From NCBI GenBank assembly GCA_042408215.1, contig JAYFMW010000003.1, forward strand, positions 384,001-448,000: a DNA stretch of 64,000 nucleotides, in the 5' to 3' direction. The translations under genes and the position numbers were made by a program. Below the pieces are notes generated by a model. That model searched no databases. It was given only the letters and a program-made list of their open reading frames with translations, and had not been told where the DNA came from. Shown here one piece after another: positions 11,143 through 19,928 of the stretch. The DNA comes from Microcoleus sp. (GTDB lineage Bacteria > Cyanobacteriota > Cyanobacteriia > Cyanobacteriales > Microcoleaceae). How positions within the stretch are numbered: the stretch's first letter is position 1; every line of letters begins with the position of its first letter.

Positions 11143-13863
11143 ATGAAAATACTTAAAATCCAGACTTTACGAGGCCCCAACTACTGGAGCATCCGACGCC
11201 ACAAACTTGTCCTCATGCGTCTGGATTTAGAGGAGTTGGCAGACAAAAAAACATCTCAAATTCCCGGCTTCTACGAGGGGTTGACCGCCTTGCTGCCCAG
11301 TTTGAACGAGCATTTTTGTTCCCCTGGCCGTCAGGGAGGCTTTCTGCAACGTCTTAGAGAAGGCACGATGATGGGACACGTAATCGAACACGTAGCCCTA
11401 GAACTTCAGCAAATGGCAGGAATGCCGGTCGGGTTCGGTCGCACCAGGGAGACTGCTACTCCTGGCATTTACCAAGTAGTAATTGAGTATCAAAACGAAC
11501 AAGCAGGTCGCTACGCTGCGAGGGCGGGCGTGCGACTGTGCCAGAGCATTGTCAATACTGGCACTTACTCATCTACAGAGTTAGCCCAAGATTTAAGAGA
11601 CCTCACAGAGTTTGCTGCGACGGCGGCCCTGGGGCCGAGTACGGAAACACTGATCAAGGAAGCAGAAGCTCGTGGCATTCCCTGGATGCAGTTGAGTGCT
11701 AGGTTTATGATTCAGCTAGGCTACGGGATTCATCAAAAACGGATTCAAGCAACTTTGAGCAACCGCACGGGAGTTTTGGGCGTAGAACTGGCCTGCGACA
11801 AGGAAGGTACTAAAAATATCCTGGCTAGTGCCGGTGTGCCGGTACCGAGAGGAACGGTAATTCACTATTTAGACGAATTACGAGGTGCGATCGAAGAAGT
11901 TGGTGGCTATCCCATTGTCATTAAACCCCTAGACGGCAATCACGGACGCGGCATTACGATCGACATCAATTCCTGGGAAGTAGCAGAGGAAGCCTATGAC
12001 CTCGCTAGCGCCGCATCGAAAACTAAGAGCATAATTATTGAGCGCTATTACACCGGTCGCGACCACAGAGTTTTGGTGGTCAACGGTCAAGTCGTCGCAG
12101 TTGCAGAACGAGTCCCCGCTAACGTTGTGGGTAACGGCCGACTGACAGTGGAACAGCTAATTGAAGAGGTCAACAGAGATCCGCAACGGGGAGACGGACA
12201 TGATAATGTGCTCACCCGGATCGTTGTCGATAAATTGTCTTTGGATTTGCTGCAAAAACAAGGATACTCGATGGACTCCGTAGTACCTGCGGGCGAAAGA
12301 GTATTTTTGCGGGCGACGGCCAACTTGAGCACAGGGGGAATTGCAGTCGATCGCACTGACGAAATTCACCCGGAAAATGCCTGGCTATTTTCCAGAGTTG
12401 CCAAAATTATCGGTTTGGACATCGCCGGCATTGATGTGGTAACACCCGATATCTCGAAACCACTGCGCGATGTCAACGGCGTCATCGTCGAAGTCAACGC
12501 AGCACCGGGTTTCAGAATGCACGTCGCGCCTAGTCAGGGTTTACCCCGCAACGTCGCCGGCGCTGTCTTTGATATGCTGTTTCCCTCGCCTGGCCAGAGT
12601 CGGGTGCCGATTTTAGCGGTAACGGGGACCAACGGCAAAACCACTACCACTCGCCTGCTGGCCCACATTGTCAAGCAGACCGGTCAGGTTACGGGCTACA
12701 CAACTACCGATGGCACTTACATCGGCGAATATTTGGTGGAAAGCGGAGACAATACTGGGCCACAGAGTGCTCAATTGATTTTGTCCGATCCGACGGTAGA
12801 AGTCGCGGTGCTGGAAACGGCCAGGGGTGGGATTTTGCGATCGGGCTTGGGATTCGACCAGTGCGATGTCGGCGTCGTCTTGAACGTCGCGGCCGACCAC
12901 TTGGGAATTGGCGACATCGACACGGTGGAACAACTGGCTACCCTCAAGAGCGTGCTCGTCGAGTCGGTGATGCCCAAAGGCTATGCAGTCTTGAACGCCG
13001 ACGACCCGCTGGTAGCACAAATGGCGCAGCGTGTCAAGGCTCAAATTGCATATTTTTCGATGAACCCGGACAACGAACTGGTTGCCAAACATACCGCTGC
13101 GGGCGGGCTGGCTGCGATTTACGAGAATGGCTACTTGTCGATCTTAAAAGGCGATTGGACGCTGAGAATTGAGCAGGCGGTCAACGTGCCCTTGACGATG
13201 GGCGGACGCGCACCGTTTATGATTGCTAATGCTTTGGCTGCTTGTTTGGCTGCTTTTGCCCAAGGATTGAAGATAGAGGACATTCGGGCTGCTTTGTCAA
13301 GCTTTCAGGCATCGGTTGGTCAAACTCCCGGACGGATGAACCTGTTTAATTTGGGCAGCTATCACGCTTTGCTCGACTACGCCCACAATCCCCACAGCTA
13401 CAAGGCTTTGGGCTCTTTTGTGCAGAATTGGGATGGCATGCGGATTGGGGTAGTTGGCGGGCCTGGAGACAGGCGAGATGAGGATTTTGTAACCTTGGGT
13501 AAACTTTCAGCGGATATTTTCGATCGCATTATTGTCAAGGAAGATCTCGATCGACGCGGGCGAGCTCCCGGTAGCGCGGCCAAGTTGATTTGTCAGGGGA
13601 TTGCAGAGGCGATTTCGCTCAGAACCGCAGATCAACCTAAAGTTGAATACGAGTTGATTCTCGATGAAACAACAGCCGTTAACAAGGCTTTAGATGAGGC
13701 ACCGGCTGGCAGTTTGGTGGTAATTTTACCTGAAGGTGTCAACAAAGCTCTGAGTTTAATTGAGGCGCGGAAACCGATTCAGGAATCTGTGGAAGTTCAA
13801 AATGGTTTAGTTAAATCAAAGTCGCAGGAAAGTTTAAAACCGACTGTTGTGAATCAAGGCTAA
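11143..13863 (+). CDS. cphA: Cyanophycin synthetase
   Basis: LRGPNYWS, GHVIEHVALELQ, ATP-grasp KPLDGNHGRG, Mur-like VTGTNGKTTT, ETARGG. Confidence 0.98.
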   Translation: MKILKIQTLRGPNYWSIRRHKLVLMRLDLEELADKKTSQIPGFYEGLTALLPSLNEHFCSPGRQGGFLQRLREGTMMGHVIEHVALELQQMAGMPVGFGRTRETATPGIYQVVIEYQNEQAGRYAARAGVRLCQSIVNTGTYSSTELAQDLRDLTEFAATAALGPSTETLIKEAEARGIPWMQLSARFMIQLGYGIHQKRIQATLSNRTGVLGVELACDKEGTKNILASAGVPVPRGTVIHYLDELRGAIEEVGGYPIVIKPLDGNHGRGITIDINSWEVAEEAYDLASAASKTKSIIIERYYTGRDHRVLVVNGQVVAVAERVPANVVGNGRLTVEQLIEEVNRDPQRGDGHDNVLTRIVVDKLSLDLLQKQGYSMDSVVPAGERVFLRATANLSTGGIAVDRTDEIHPENAWLFSRVAKIIGLDIAGIDVVTPDISKPLRDVNGVIVEVNAAPGFRMHVAPSQGLPRNVAGAVFDMLFPSPGQSRVPILAVTGTNGKTTTTRLLAHIVKQTGQVTGYTTTDGTYIGEYLVESGDNTGPQSAQLILSDPTVEVAVLETARGGILRSGLGFDQCDVGVVLNVAADHLGIGDIDTVEQLATLKSVLVESVMPKGYAVLNADDPLVAQMAQRVKAQIAYFSMNPDNELVAKHTAAGGLAAIYENGYLSILKGDWTLRIEQAVNVPLTMGGRAPFMIANALAACLAAFAQGLKIEDIRAALSSFQASVGQTPGRMNLFNLGSYHALLDYAHNPHSYKALGSFVQNWDGMRIGVVGGPGDRRDEDFVTLGKLSADIFDRIIVKEDLDRRGRAPGSAAKLICQGIAEAISLRTADQPKVEYELILDETTAVNKALDEAPAGSLVVILPEGVNKALSLIEARKPIQESVEVQNGLVKSKSQESLKPTVVNQG

Positions 13864-13884
13864 ATTCTTAAGTCTCATTTAATT

Positions 13885-13926
13885 AATAGGTTGGGTTTAC
13901 TTGTGTTAAACCCAACCTATTTTTTT
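13885..13926 (+). terminator. Intrinsic terminator of cphA
   Basis: ATAGGTTGGGTTTA..TAAACCCAACCTAT stem followed by T-run. Confidence 0.8.
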
Positions 13927-14006
13927 AGGACTTTCGCTTTAATTGCCGATCGATCCTATAGGGGCCTAGGGCCTAGGGCCTAGGGCCTGGTCAAACAAAA
14001 GTATGA

Positions 14007-14124
14007 TATAGCAGTCGCCAAGGCGCTTTAGTCATTGCTCCCTGAGCGGAGTCGAAGGGTCGAAATGTCCACTTCGACTACGCTCAGTGACCGAAATATC
14101 CTAATCGCCTTGGCGGTTGCTATA
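14007..14124. mobile_element. MITE with TA-flanked terminal inverted repeats, containing two small dispersed repeats
   Basis: TATAGCAGTCGCCAAGGCG / CGCCTTGGCGGTTGCTATA; internal CTGAGCGGAGTCGAAG and CTTCGACTACGCTCAG. Confidence 0.7.
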
Positions 14125-14163
14125 ACTATTCAAAAGGAATAGAAACAATTATTTAAAATTAAT

Positions 14164-14206
14164 TCTGCCAAAATGGCAACACCAGCCAAATTTATTGATT
14201 TACGAT
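14164..14206 (+). promoter_or_regulatory. TCTGCCAAAATGGCAACAC operator plus -10 box TACGAT for the RTX gene
   Basis: Palindrome TGCCA-AAA-TGGCA then 22 nt then TAN3T; same spacing at four other sites. Confidence 0.75.
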
Positions 14207-14247
14207 CGTAAAAACTGCATTTGTGGGAATCAAAAACACATAATATC

Positions 14248-15570
14248 ATGGCGAATACTCTATTTTTACAACCAAGTTCTCCCCTGGATAATTCCAATCC
14301 TAACTATGCTCGTGCTACAGGAGGGGCTGTTTTTTCCCACTATAGTCAAACGGCTTCAGGAACTTTGACTGCCACCGAGGCTGATACGTTAGTCAAAGGT
14401 GGGGTATCTGCTGCTATTGCTGATGCCAAAGCTCTAGCTGATTTTAGCAACGATCCAAATTTTTCTGCCCTCTTTACTAACAGTGCTGTAATTGGTATTG
14501 GTGGAGCATCTCAGGGAAGTTCTAGCAGTGAAGCTAAAGTGATTGCTAATTTTTCTGTCGCCAAAAATCAAACTTTCTCTTTCGATTTTGCAACTGGGTT
14601 ACAACTACAAGCCAAAGAAATTGAAAATCCTCAAGCTGAATATAACCAGGCTCAGGGAAAAACCTCTTTCGTTGTGTTAGAAACATCCGATGCCAAAAAG
14701 CCGAAAGTATTAGATTATTTTGGCATGAACGGGAAGTTAATTTCTTCTGAGCGAATCGGCGATCTGAAGTTGGGATCTAGCCGCAACGTTACCATTGCTA
14801 ATCAGCAGAAAAATACTGATATTGATGGCAACAATGGCATAGATTTTGTGACAGGCGCGGCTGGAGGTACATATCAGAGACAGTTTAACAGCGATACAAA
14901 CATAACCATAGTGGAACTCAATACCAGTGACACTAAATTTAAGCAGGATACTGCTATTGGTAAACTAGGTTCAGATGTCACCTATGGCACTATCTGGAAT
15001 GATAAAATAGACGGCACTAAAGACGCAGACGGGAAGACAACCAAAGGCGAAGATGGCGATCGTCAACTAAAGGGAACCAACAGCGCAGACAAAATATATG
15101 GCAGCCTGGGAGACGATCAAATCAATGGAGAAGGAGGCGATGATATCCTTGAAGGTGGTTCAGGCAAGGATAAGTTGGACGGTGGTGACGGAAACGATAA
15201 ACTTTATGGCAGTGATGATAATGATACCCTGACTGGTGGTTCAGGTAATGATACCCTGGTTGGTGGTGTTGGCAATGATGTGATGCGGGGCAATCAGGGT
15301 AAGGATCTCTTTCTTTTCCAGAATGGTGATAGCTTGCTCACAGGGGAGTTAGATGTTATCAAGGATTTCAAAGCTGATAAAGATCAGATGGGATTGCAGG
15401 GATGGGGTACGATTAATGCCTCAGATTTGTTGCGGGGAATTGCGACATCACCATTCCAGATCAGCGATACCAAAGATGGTACTATTTTAAGTTCTAGTTC
15501 GGGTGGAAAAGTTCTTTTGGAAGGTGTGAAATTAACTCAACTCAGTGCCAATAATTTCATGTTTTCTTAA
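14248..15570 (+). CDS. RTX (hemolysin-type Ca-binding) secreted protein
   Basis: Multiple GGxGxDxLx nonapeptides, DVIKDF, C-terminal T1SS-type LSANNFMFS. Confidence 0.9.
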   Translation: MANTLFLQPSSPLDNSNPNYARATGGAVFSHYSQTASGTLTATEADTLVKGGVSAAIADAKALADFSNDPNFSALFTNSAVIGIGGASQGSSSSEAKVIANFSVAKNQTFSFDFATGLQLQAKEIENPQAEYNQAQGKTSFVVLETSDAKKPKVLDYFGMNGKLISSERIGDLKLGSSRNVTIANQQKNTDIDGNNGIDFVTGAAGGTYQRQFNSDTNITIVELNTSDTKFKQDTAIGKLGSDVTYGTIWNDKIDGTKDADGKTTKGEDGDRQLKGTNSADKIYGSLGDDQINGEGGDDILEGGSGKDKLDGGDGNDKLYGSDDNDTLTGGSGNDTLVGGVGNDVMRGNQGKDLFLFQNGDSLLTGELDVIKDFKADKDQMGLQGWGTINASDLLRGIATSPFQISDTKDGTILSSSSGGKVLLEGVKLTQLSANNFMFS

Positions 15571-15636
15571 ATAGGCATCCAAATGAGGGGCTTTTCCCAA
15601 CAGAGTTGTTCTGTCATAGCATGAAATTAACAGCCA

Positions 15637-15673
15637 AAATAGAGGGCATCCTCAGCTAGGATGCCCTCTATTT
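15637..15673. terminator. Perfect inverted repeat between convergent genes (bidirectional terminator)
   Basis: AAATAGAGGGCATCCT-cagct-AGGATGCCCTCTATTT. Confidence 0.75.
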
Positions 15674-15855
15674 CGATCGCTGTCAATCCCAGTGACTAAC
15701 TTAATTTGGTGCGACGGTTCCGCGATTAAGCTAACTGCTAGAAGGTGAAACTATCCTGTGGCTGAAAATTTTAGAGCGCTCTTATGATGGAGCGCTCCTT
15801 GATTATCGGCAATTCGACAAAATTAATGTCAAACCACCGTCCAAATTTCGACCAT

Positions 15856-18018
15856 TTAGCCAAAAATGATAGTATCTCCCTTGGCAGCACTAAAGCCCGT
15901 ACTGCCAGCAGCCTTGTAGAGCGTATTGAAGCCCTCGCTGGTGTAGTTACCCCAAGCATCAGGGCCGACCCCACTAGAGGATGTGAGTCGGTTGGAGATC
16001 ATAGTGCTGCCTCCAACCTTAGCAGTAGCTCCAGTAGCGTTGTAGATACCACCACCAGTTGCGGCGCGGTTCCCAGAAACCAAGCTGTTGTTTCTCAGGG
16101 TTAAGGTTCCTGGTGTTGTGCCATTACCATTATAGATACCGCCACCTTGTCCGGCTGTGGAATTGCTCTTGATGGTGGTGTTCGTTATATTGGCGGTTCC
16201 AACATTAAAGACACCACCGCCAGCACCGGTACTACTCGTTGTCTTGTTGCCTTGAATCAGGGTGTTGTCCATAGAAACTATTGTGCCGAAGTTGGCAATG
16301 CCGCCACCGGCTTTGACCGCCGTGCCATTGTTAATTAGACTGGTAGTGACAGTCACAGAGGCTCCAGAACGGTTATAGATGCCGCCGCCGAAGCCTCCCG
16401 CCTGATTATTGTTGGAGAAGGTATCGTTATCTAACGTCAGGGCAGCACCAGTCGAATTGTAAATTCCACCTCCATCTGTAGAGATGGCTTGGTTGGTGTT
16501 AAATGTACTATTTCTTGCCTCCAGAACACCAGAGTTTAAGGCAGCACCGGACTTAGTGTTGTAAATTCCACCACCACTAATGCTGGCTTTGTTGCTGTCA
16601 AAAGTACCGCCGTTCACCACCATATTGCCAGCGTTATATATCCCAGCGCCATATTGCTGGGCAATGTTACTGTTAAATTTACTGTTGACCACGTTGACTA
16701 AAGGCAGGGAAGAATTGGCCACGGAGCTACTGGCATTGTAAAGCCCACCGCCCTGTACCGCAGAATTATTACTAAATGTGCCACCGCTTACCAGCATACT
16801 GCCAGCATTGAATATTGCACCGCCAATTTGTGATGAACTATTAGCATCAAATGTACTGTTGCCCACGGTGAGGGCGGCACCAGTGGGGTTGTAAATCGCA
16901 CCGCCCTGTAATGCGGAATTCTTGCTAAATGTGTTGCCGCCATTCAATAGCAAACTACCAACATTTAATATTGCACCGCCAACTTGTGATGCCTTATTAT
17001 TTGTAAGTGTACTGTTGGAGAGTGTTAGAGCACTTCCATTGTTGTAAATTCCAGCACCAGCACCAGCACCAGCAAAACCTTTGTCAATAGTGACTCCGGT
17101 AATATTTACGGTTGCACTGACTAAAGCGCTATTCACAACCTTCTGAATCACAAATACGCGACTAGCATTATTACCACTAATGGTGAGCAAATTTGCTCCC
17201 GGGCCAGTAATTGTAAGGTCATCGCCGATTACCAGTTGTCCAGTCGTCAGGGTAATGGTATCTGGAGTAGTATCAGCCATCGTTCCTGTAAAGTTGATCG
17301 TATCAGCACCCGCCGCCGCATTGGCATCTAAAATTGCCTGACGCAATGAGCCCGCGCCACTGTCACTGTTATTGGTGACAGAAAACGTTGCCAGTGTGTG
17401 ATTGTAGCCTTCCTGTACCGAGGATGGCAAAATGTTAGGGTTTTCGATCGCCCCAGTCGAAAACTCCAAGTTCCAGTTACCTCCCACAGACGCGCTACCT
17501 GTCAGGTCTTTAGACGCTCCTACATCGGCTCCAGTTAGCTCGTCAATTTGTTGCACAAAGTCTTGCCCCGCTTTACTAGCTGCCACATTGCAGCCATAAA
17601 GCAGAATGTCCGCATCTTCGGTTAGTGATCCTCTCCAATTAGTCAGCTTATCGGCATAGTTACCCAAGTTATTGAGATTGAGATCTGTCGCTCCAAGTTG
17701 TAAATGTCCATCGCTACCATGGGAGAAGATAGACAAACTCTTAATGTCACTCAGACCTGATAGAACTTGAGTAATCTGAGTTAATTCATCTTGTGATGGA
17801 TCGAGTACCCATATATCTGTGTTCGGCGGCAAACCCTTAACTAAGTCTTGATAGTCTTGAACATTGGAGTCAATGAAAGCAATATTAGAAGACTTAGAAG
17901 TTTGTCCAAGGGTGCGGAAATGCTCCTGTCCTGTCCCCCCTAAATAAGCCATCGCACTGGATGGGGCGGCGGGAATACCAGAAAGTGCTGAATTGTCAGG
18001 CGAGTACCATGTTTGCAT
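15856..18018 (-). CDS. DUF4347 domain protein with GGAIYN (polymorphic-membrane-protein-like) beta-helix repeats
   Basis: FIDSNVQDYQDL, SHGSDG, ILLYGCNVA, LTGADVGAS, GGNWNLE; DSGAGSLRQAI; repeated FxxN/GGGIYN. Confidence 0.88.
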   Translation of the reverse strand: MQTWYSPDNSALSGIPAAPSSAMAYLGGTGQEHFRTLGQTSKSSNIAFIDSNVQDYQDLVKGLPPNTDIWVLDPSQDELTQITQVLSGLSDIKSLSIFSHGSDGHLQLGATDLNLNNLGNYADKLTNWRGSLTEDADILLYGCNVAASKAGQDFVQQIDELTGADVGASKDLTGSASVGGNWNLEFSTGAIENPNILPSSVQEGYNHTLATFSVTNNSDSGAGSLRQAILDANAAAGADTINFTGTMADTTPDTITLTTGQLVIGDDLTITGPGANLLTISGNNASRVFVIQKVVNSALVSATVNITGVTIDKGFAGAGAGAGIYNNGSALTLSNSTLTNNKASQVGGAILNVGSLLLNGGNTFSKNSALQGGAIYNPTGAALTVGNSTFDANSSSQIGGAIFNAGSMLVSGGTFSNNSAVQGGGLYNASSSVANSSLPLVNVVNSKFNSNIAQQYGAGIYNAGNMVVNGGTFDSNKASISGGGIYNTKSGAALNSGVLEARNSTFNTNQAISTDGGGIYNSTGAALTLDNDTFSNNNQAGGFGGGIYNRSGASVTVTTSLINNGTAVKAGGGIANFGTIVSMDNTLIQGNKTTSSTGAGGGVFNVGTANITNTTIKSNSTAGQGGGIYNGNGTTPGTLTLRNNSLVSGNRAATGGGIYNATGATAKVGGSTMISNRLTSSSGVGPDAWGNYTSEGFNTLYKAAGSTGFSAAKGDTIIFG

Positions 18019-18260
18019 ATCTAATTCTTCCTTTTTTATCAGGGGTGACTAATTGTTTATTTAGCTTGATTAAAGCCATAAATTTCCACAGAGTTCACGA
18101 AAAAAAAATCAATGGTAGACAGGATTTAATTGGCTCTAAAAACGTGGCTAATTCTAAACAGATTTTTTTTTGTTTTTGTTATTTGTTTAGAGTGAAATTG
18201 AATGCTTGAATGGTCATAGGTAATATTCACCTCAATGCCATTACATGACCAGTATCCTTC

Positions 18261-18551
18261 TTACTGACTGATAGCCGCCACGGAGGTGCTGGAAGAGAAA
18301 GAACCAGTGCCATAAGTTACCACAGCCAAGGTATTAGCCATTGTGAAGCTGTCAAGAGTTCCGTCGTAGGTTCCAGGATCAGCAACGGCTTTAGCACCCG
18401 CAGAAGCGTAGTTGCCGGAAGACAAGGATGGGGAGTTGATATTAAGAGTAAACGAATTTTTAGTGCCGAAGCTGACGGTATTTTTCAAACCACCTTGAAC
18501 CGCCGCAGCTTCAGAAACAACTTCCAAGTAATTCAGATCAGAAATATTCAT
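18261..18551 (-). CDS. Small secreted protein with double-glycine leader
   Basis: MNISDLNYLEVVSEAAAVQGG leader; Ser/Ala/Thr/Gly-rich core; paralog at 18906-19205. Confidence 0.8.
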   Translation of the reverse strand: MNISDLNYLEVVSEAAAVQGGLKNTVSFGTKNSFTLNINSPSLSSGNYASAGAKAVADPGTYDGTLDSFTMANTLAVVTYGTGSFSSSTSVAAISQ

Positions 18552-18612
18552 TGTTTTGTCCTTTTTGTTTGTGATTTGTTTGTCAGAAGCAACTTTTTGT
18601 GGTTCTGTATTT

Positions 18613-18655
18613 AAGATAGGGAGAATAATCAGACCTGTGTTGCCATTTTGGCAGA
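18613..18655 (-). promoter_or_regulatory. Operator plus -10 box TATCTT
   Basis: TCTGCCAAAATGGCAACAC on minus strand, 22 nt after TGGCA comes TATCTT. Confidence 0.75.
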
Positions 18656-18905
18656 TTAATTTTGACTGGGGTGAAAATTACAAAAATCACCTCCTCTAAT
18701 ATTAATTATGTCAAAAATTTCAAGAAAATACATTTTTTTGACAGTCATATTAATAACTTAATTGCCATTCTATTTGACTAACTAAGCTAATGATAAACAG
18801 ATAACAAAAATGGAGTTTCTGTTATCTGTTTATAGTGAAATTGAATGATTACGGGGTCATAGGTAACATTCACCTAAATGCCATTACCTATGACCAGTAT
18901 GCTTC

Positions 18906-19205
18906 TTAGTTATTGATAGCCGCAACGGAGGTGCTGCCAGAGAAAGAAGCGCCGCCATAAGTTACTACAGCTAAGGTGTCAGCTTTGGTGAAGCTGTTCA
19001 AAGTACCGCAGTAGTCGCCATCAGCAGAGGCTTTAGCACCAGCAGAAGCGAAGTTGCCGTCAGGCAAGCATGGGGCGTCGATCGTCAGAGTAAAGGAATT
19101 TGTGGTGTTGAAGGTGATATCAACGGTATCGGTTTCAGACCAACCACCTTGAACTGCGGCAGATTCCGAAACAACTTCCAAGTAATTCAGGTCAGAAATA
19201 ATCAT
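18906..19205 (-). CDS. Small secreted protein with double-glycine leader
   Basis: MIISDLNYLEVVSESAAVQGG leader; core similar to 18261-18551. Confidence 0.8.
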   Translation of the reverse strand: MIISDLNYLEVVSESAAVQGGWSETDTVDITFNTTNSFTLTIDAPCLPDGNFASAGAKASADGDYCGTLNSFTKADTLAVVTYGGASFSGSTSVAAINN

Positions 19206-19252
19206 GGCTTTTGTCCTTTTTAAAGTGAGGTTTTTTTGTTTTCCTGTTACCT

Positions 19253-19463
19253 AATTTAGCTTGCCTTGTGGTGTCTGTGTTGCCATTTTGGCAGAAGCTT
19301 TTTTCGGTAACAACTTTGTTTGTCTGTAATCAATCTATCAAAGGTTAACAAGGATATGTTGCCATTTTGGCAGAAGCTTTTTCTGTTTGGCTGAACAACT
19401 TTGTTTCCTTCGATGTCCTTAATATAACTAGGCTTTTTCCACCTGTGTTGCCAATTTGGCAGA
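19253..19463 (-). promoter_or_regulatory. Three stacked operator/-10 promoter units
   Basis: Motifs at 19277-19295, 19356-19374, 19445-19463, each followed 22 nt after TGGCA by TAAATT, TAGATT, TATATT. Confidence 0.75.
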
Positions 19464-19639
19464 TTTATGATTTTTTTTTGAGATGAATTGGGTGCCGGGC
19501 TAAAACCCTTTGTTTAAGCAGGTTTTACTCATAAATAAGACTCTGAAAATTTCCCAAACTTTCAGAGCCGATAGTTTCACTAGATTTTTTAGCACCCATT
19601 TATAAGATGAGATGGTCACTGAGTGCCTTGGACAAAAGT

Positions 19640-19850
19640 TGCCAAAATGGCAGTTTTCAGAAGAGACGAGTCAATTCTCAAAACCTTGCCATTTTGGCAG
19701 ATTTTTGGGAAGGGAAATATGAATTAGGCGCGCCAAAATCTTGAAATCTTCACAGATTCTTTACATACAATTTATTTAGTTCAGATTCTGGAATGCCCAT
19801 AATCTATATCTAAATATAGAAAACAGGGGGTGTGTTGCCATTTTGGCAGG
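19640..19850. promoter_or_regulatory. Three further TGCCAWWWTGGCA sites
   Basis: 19640-19652, 19687-19699, 19832-19850; the 19832 site has no TAN3T at the 22-nt position and the other two lack the ACAC extension. Confidence 0.6.
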
Positions 19851-19928
19851 TTTTTAATTGAGAGATGGAATTTGAATAACGATCGCGATCGCGAGCAATC
19901 AATAATAACTCTTGCACATCAGTCAGCT

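Noticed and set aside
14164..14182. Sigma54 (-24 TGGCA) promoter
   Set aside because: No correctly spaced TTGC, the motif is palindromic, and cyanobacteria lack RpoN
18261..19205. Lanthipeptide or other modified RiPP cluster
   Set aside because: No modification enzymes nearby and one core has no Cys; trans-acting enzymes cannot be excluded
19277..19463. CRISPR-like mini-array of TGTTGCCATTTTGGCAGA repeats
   Set aside because: Irregular spacing, spacers share sequence, no cas genes, and fixed spacing to -10 boxes fits promoters better
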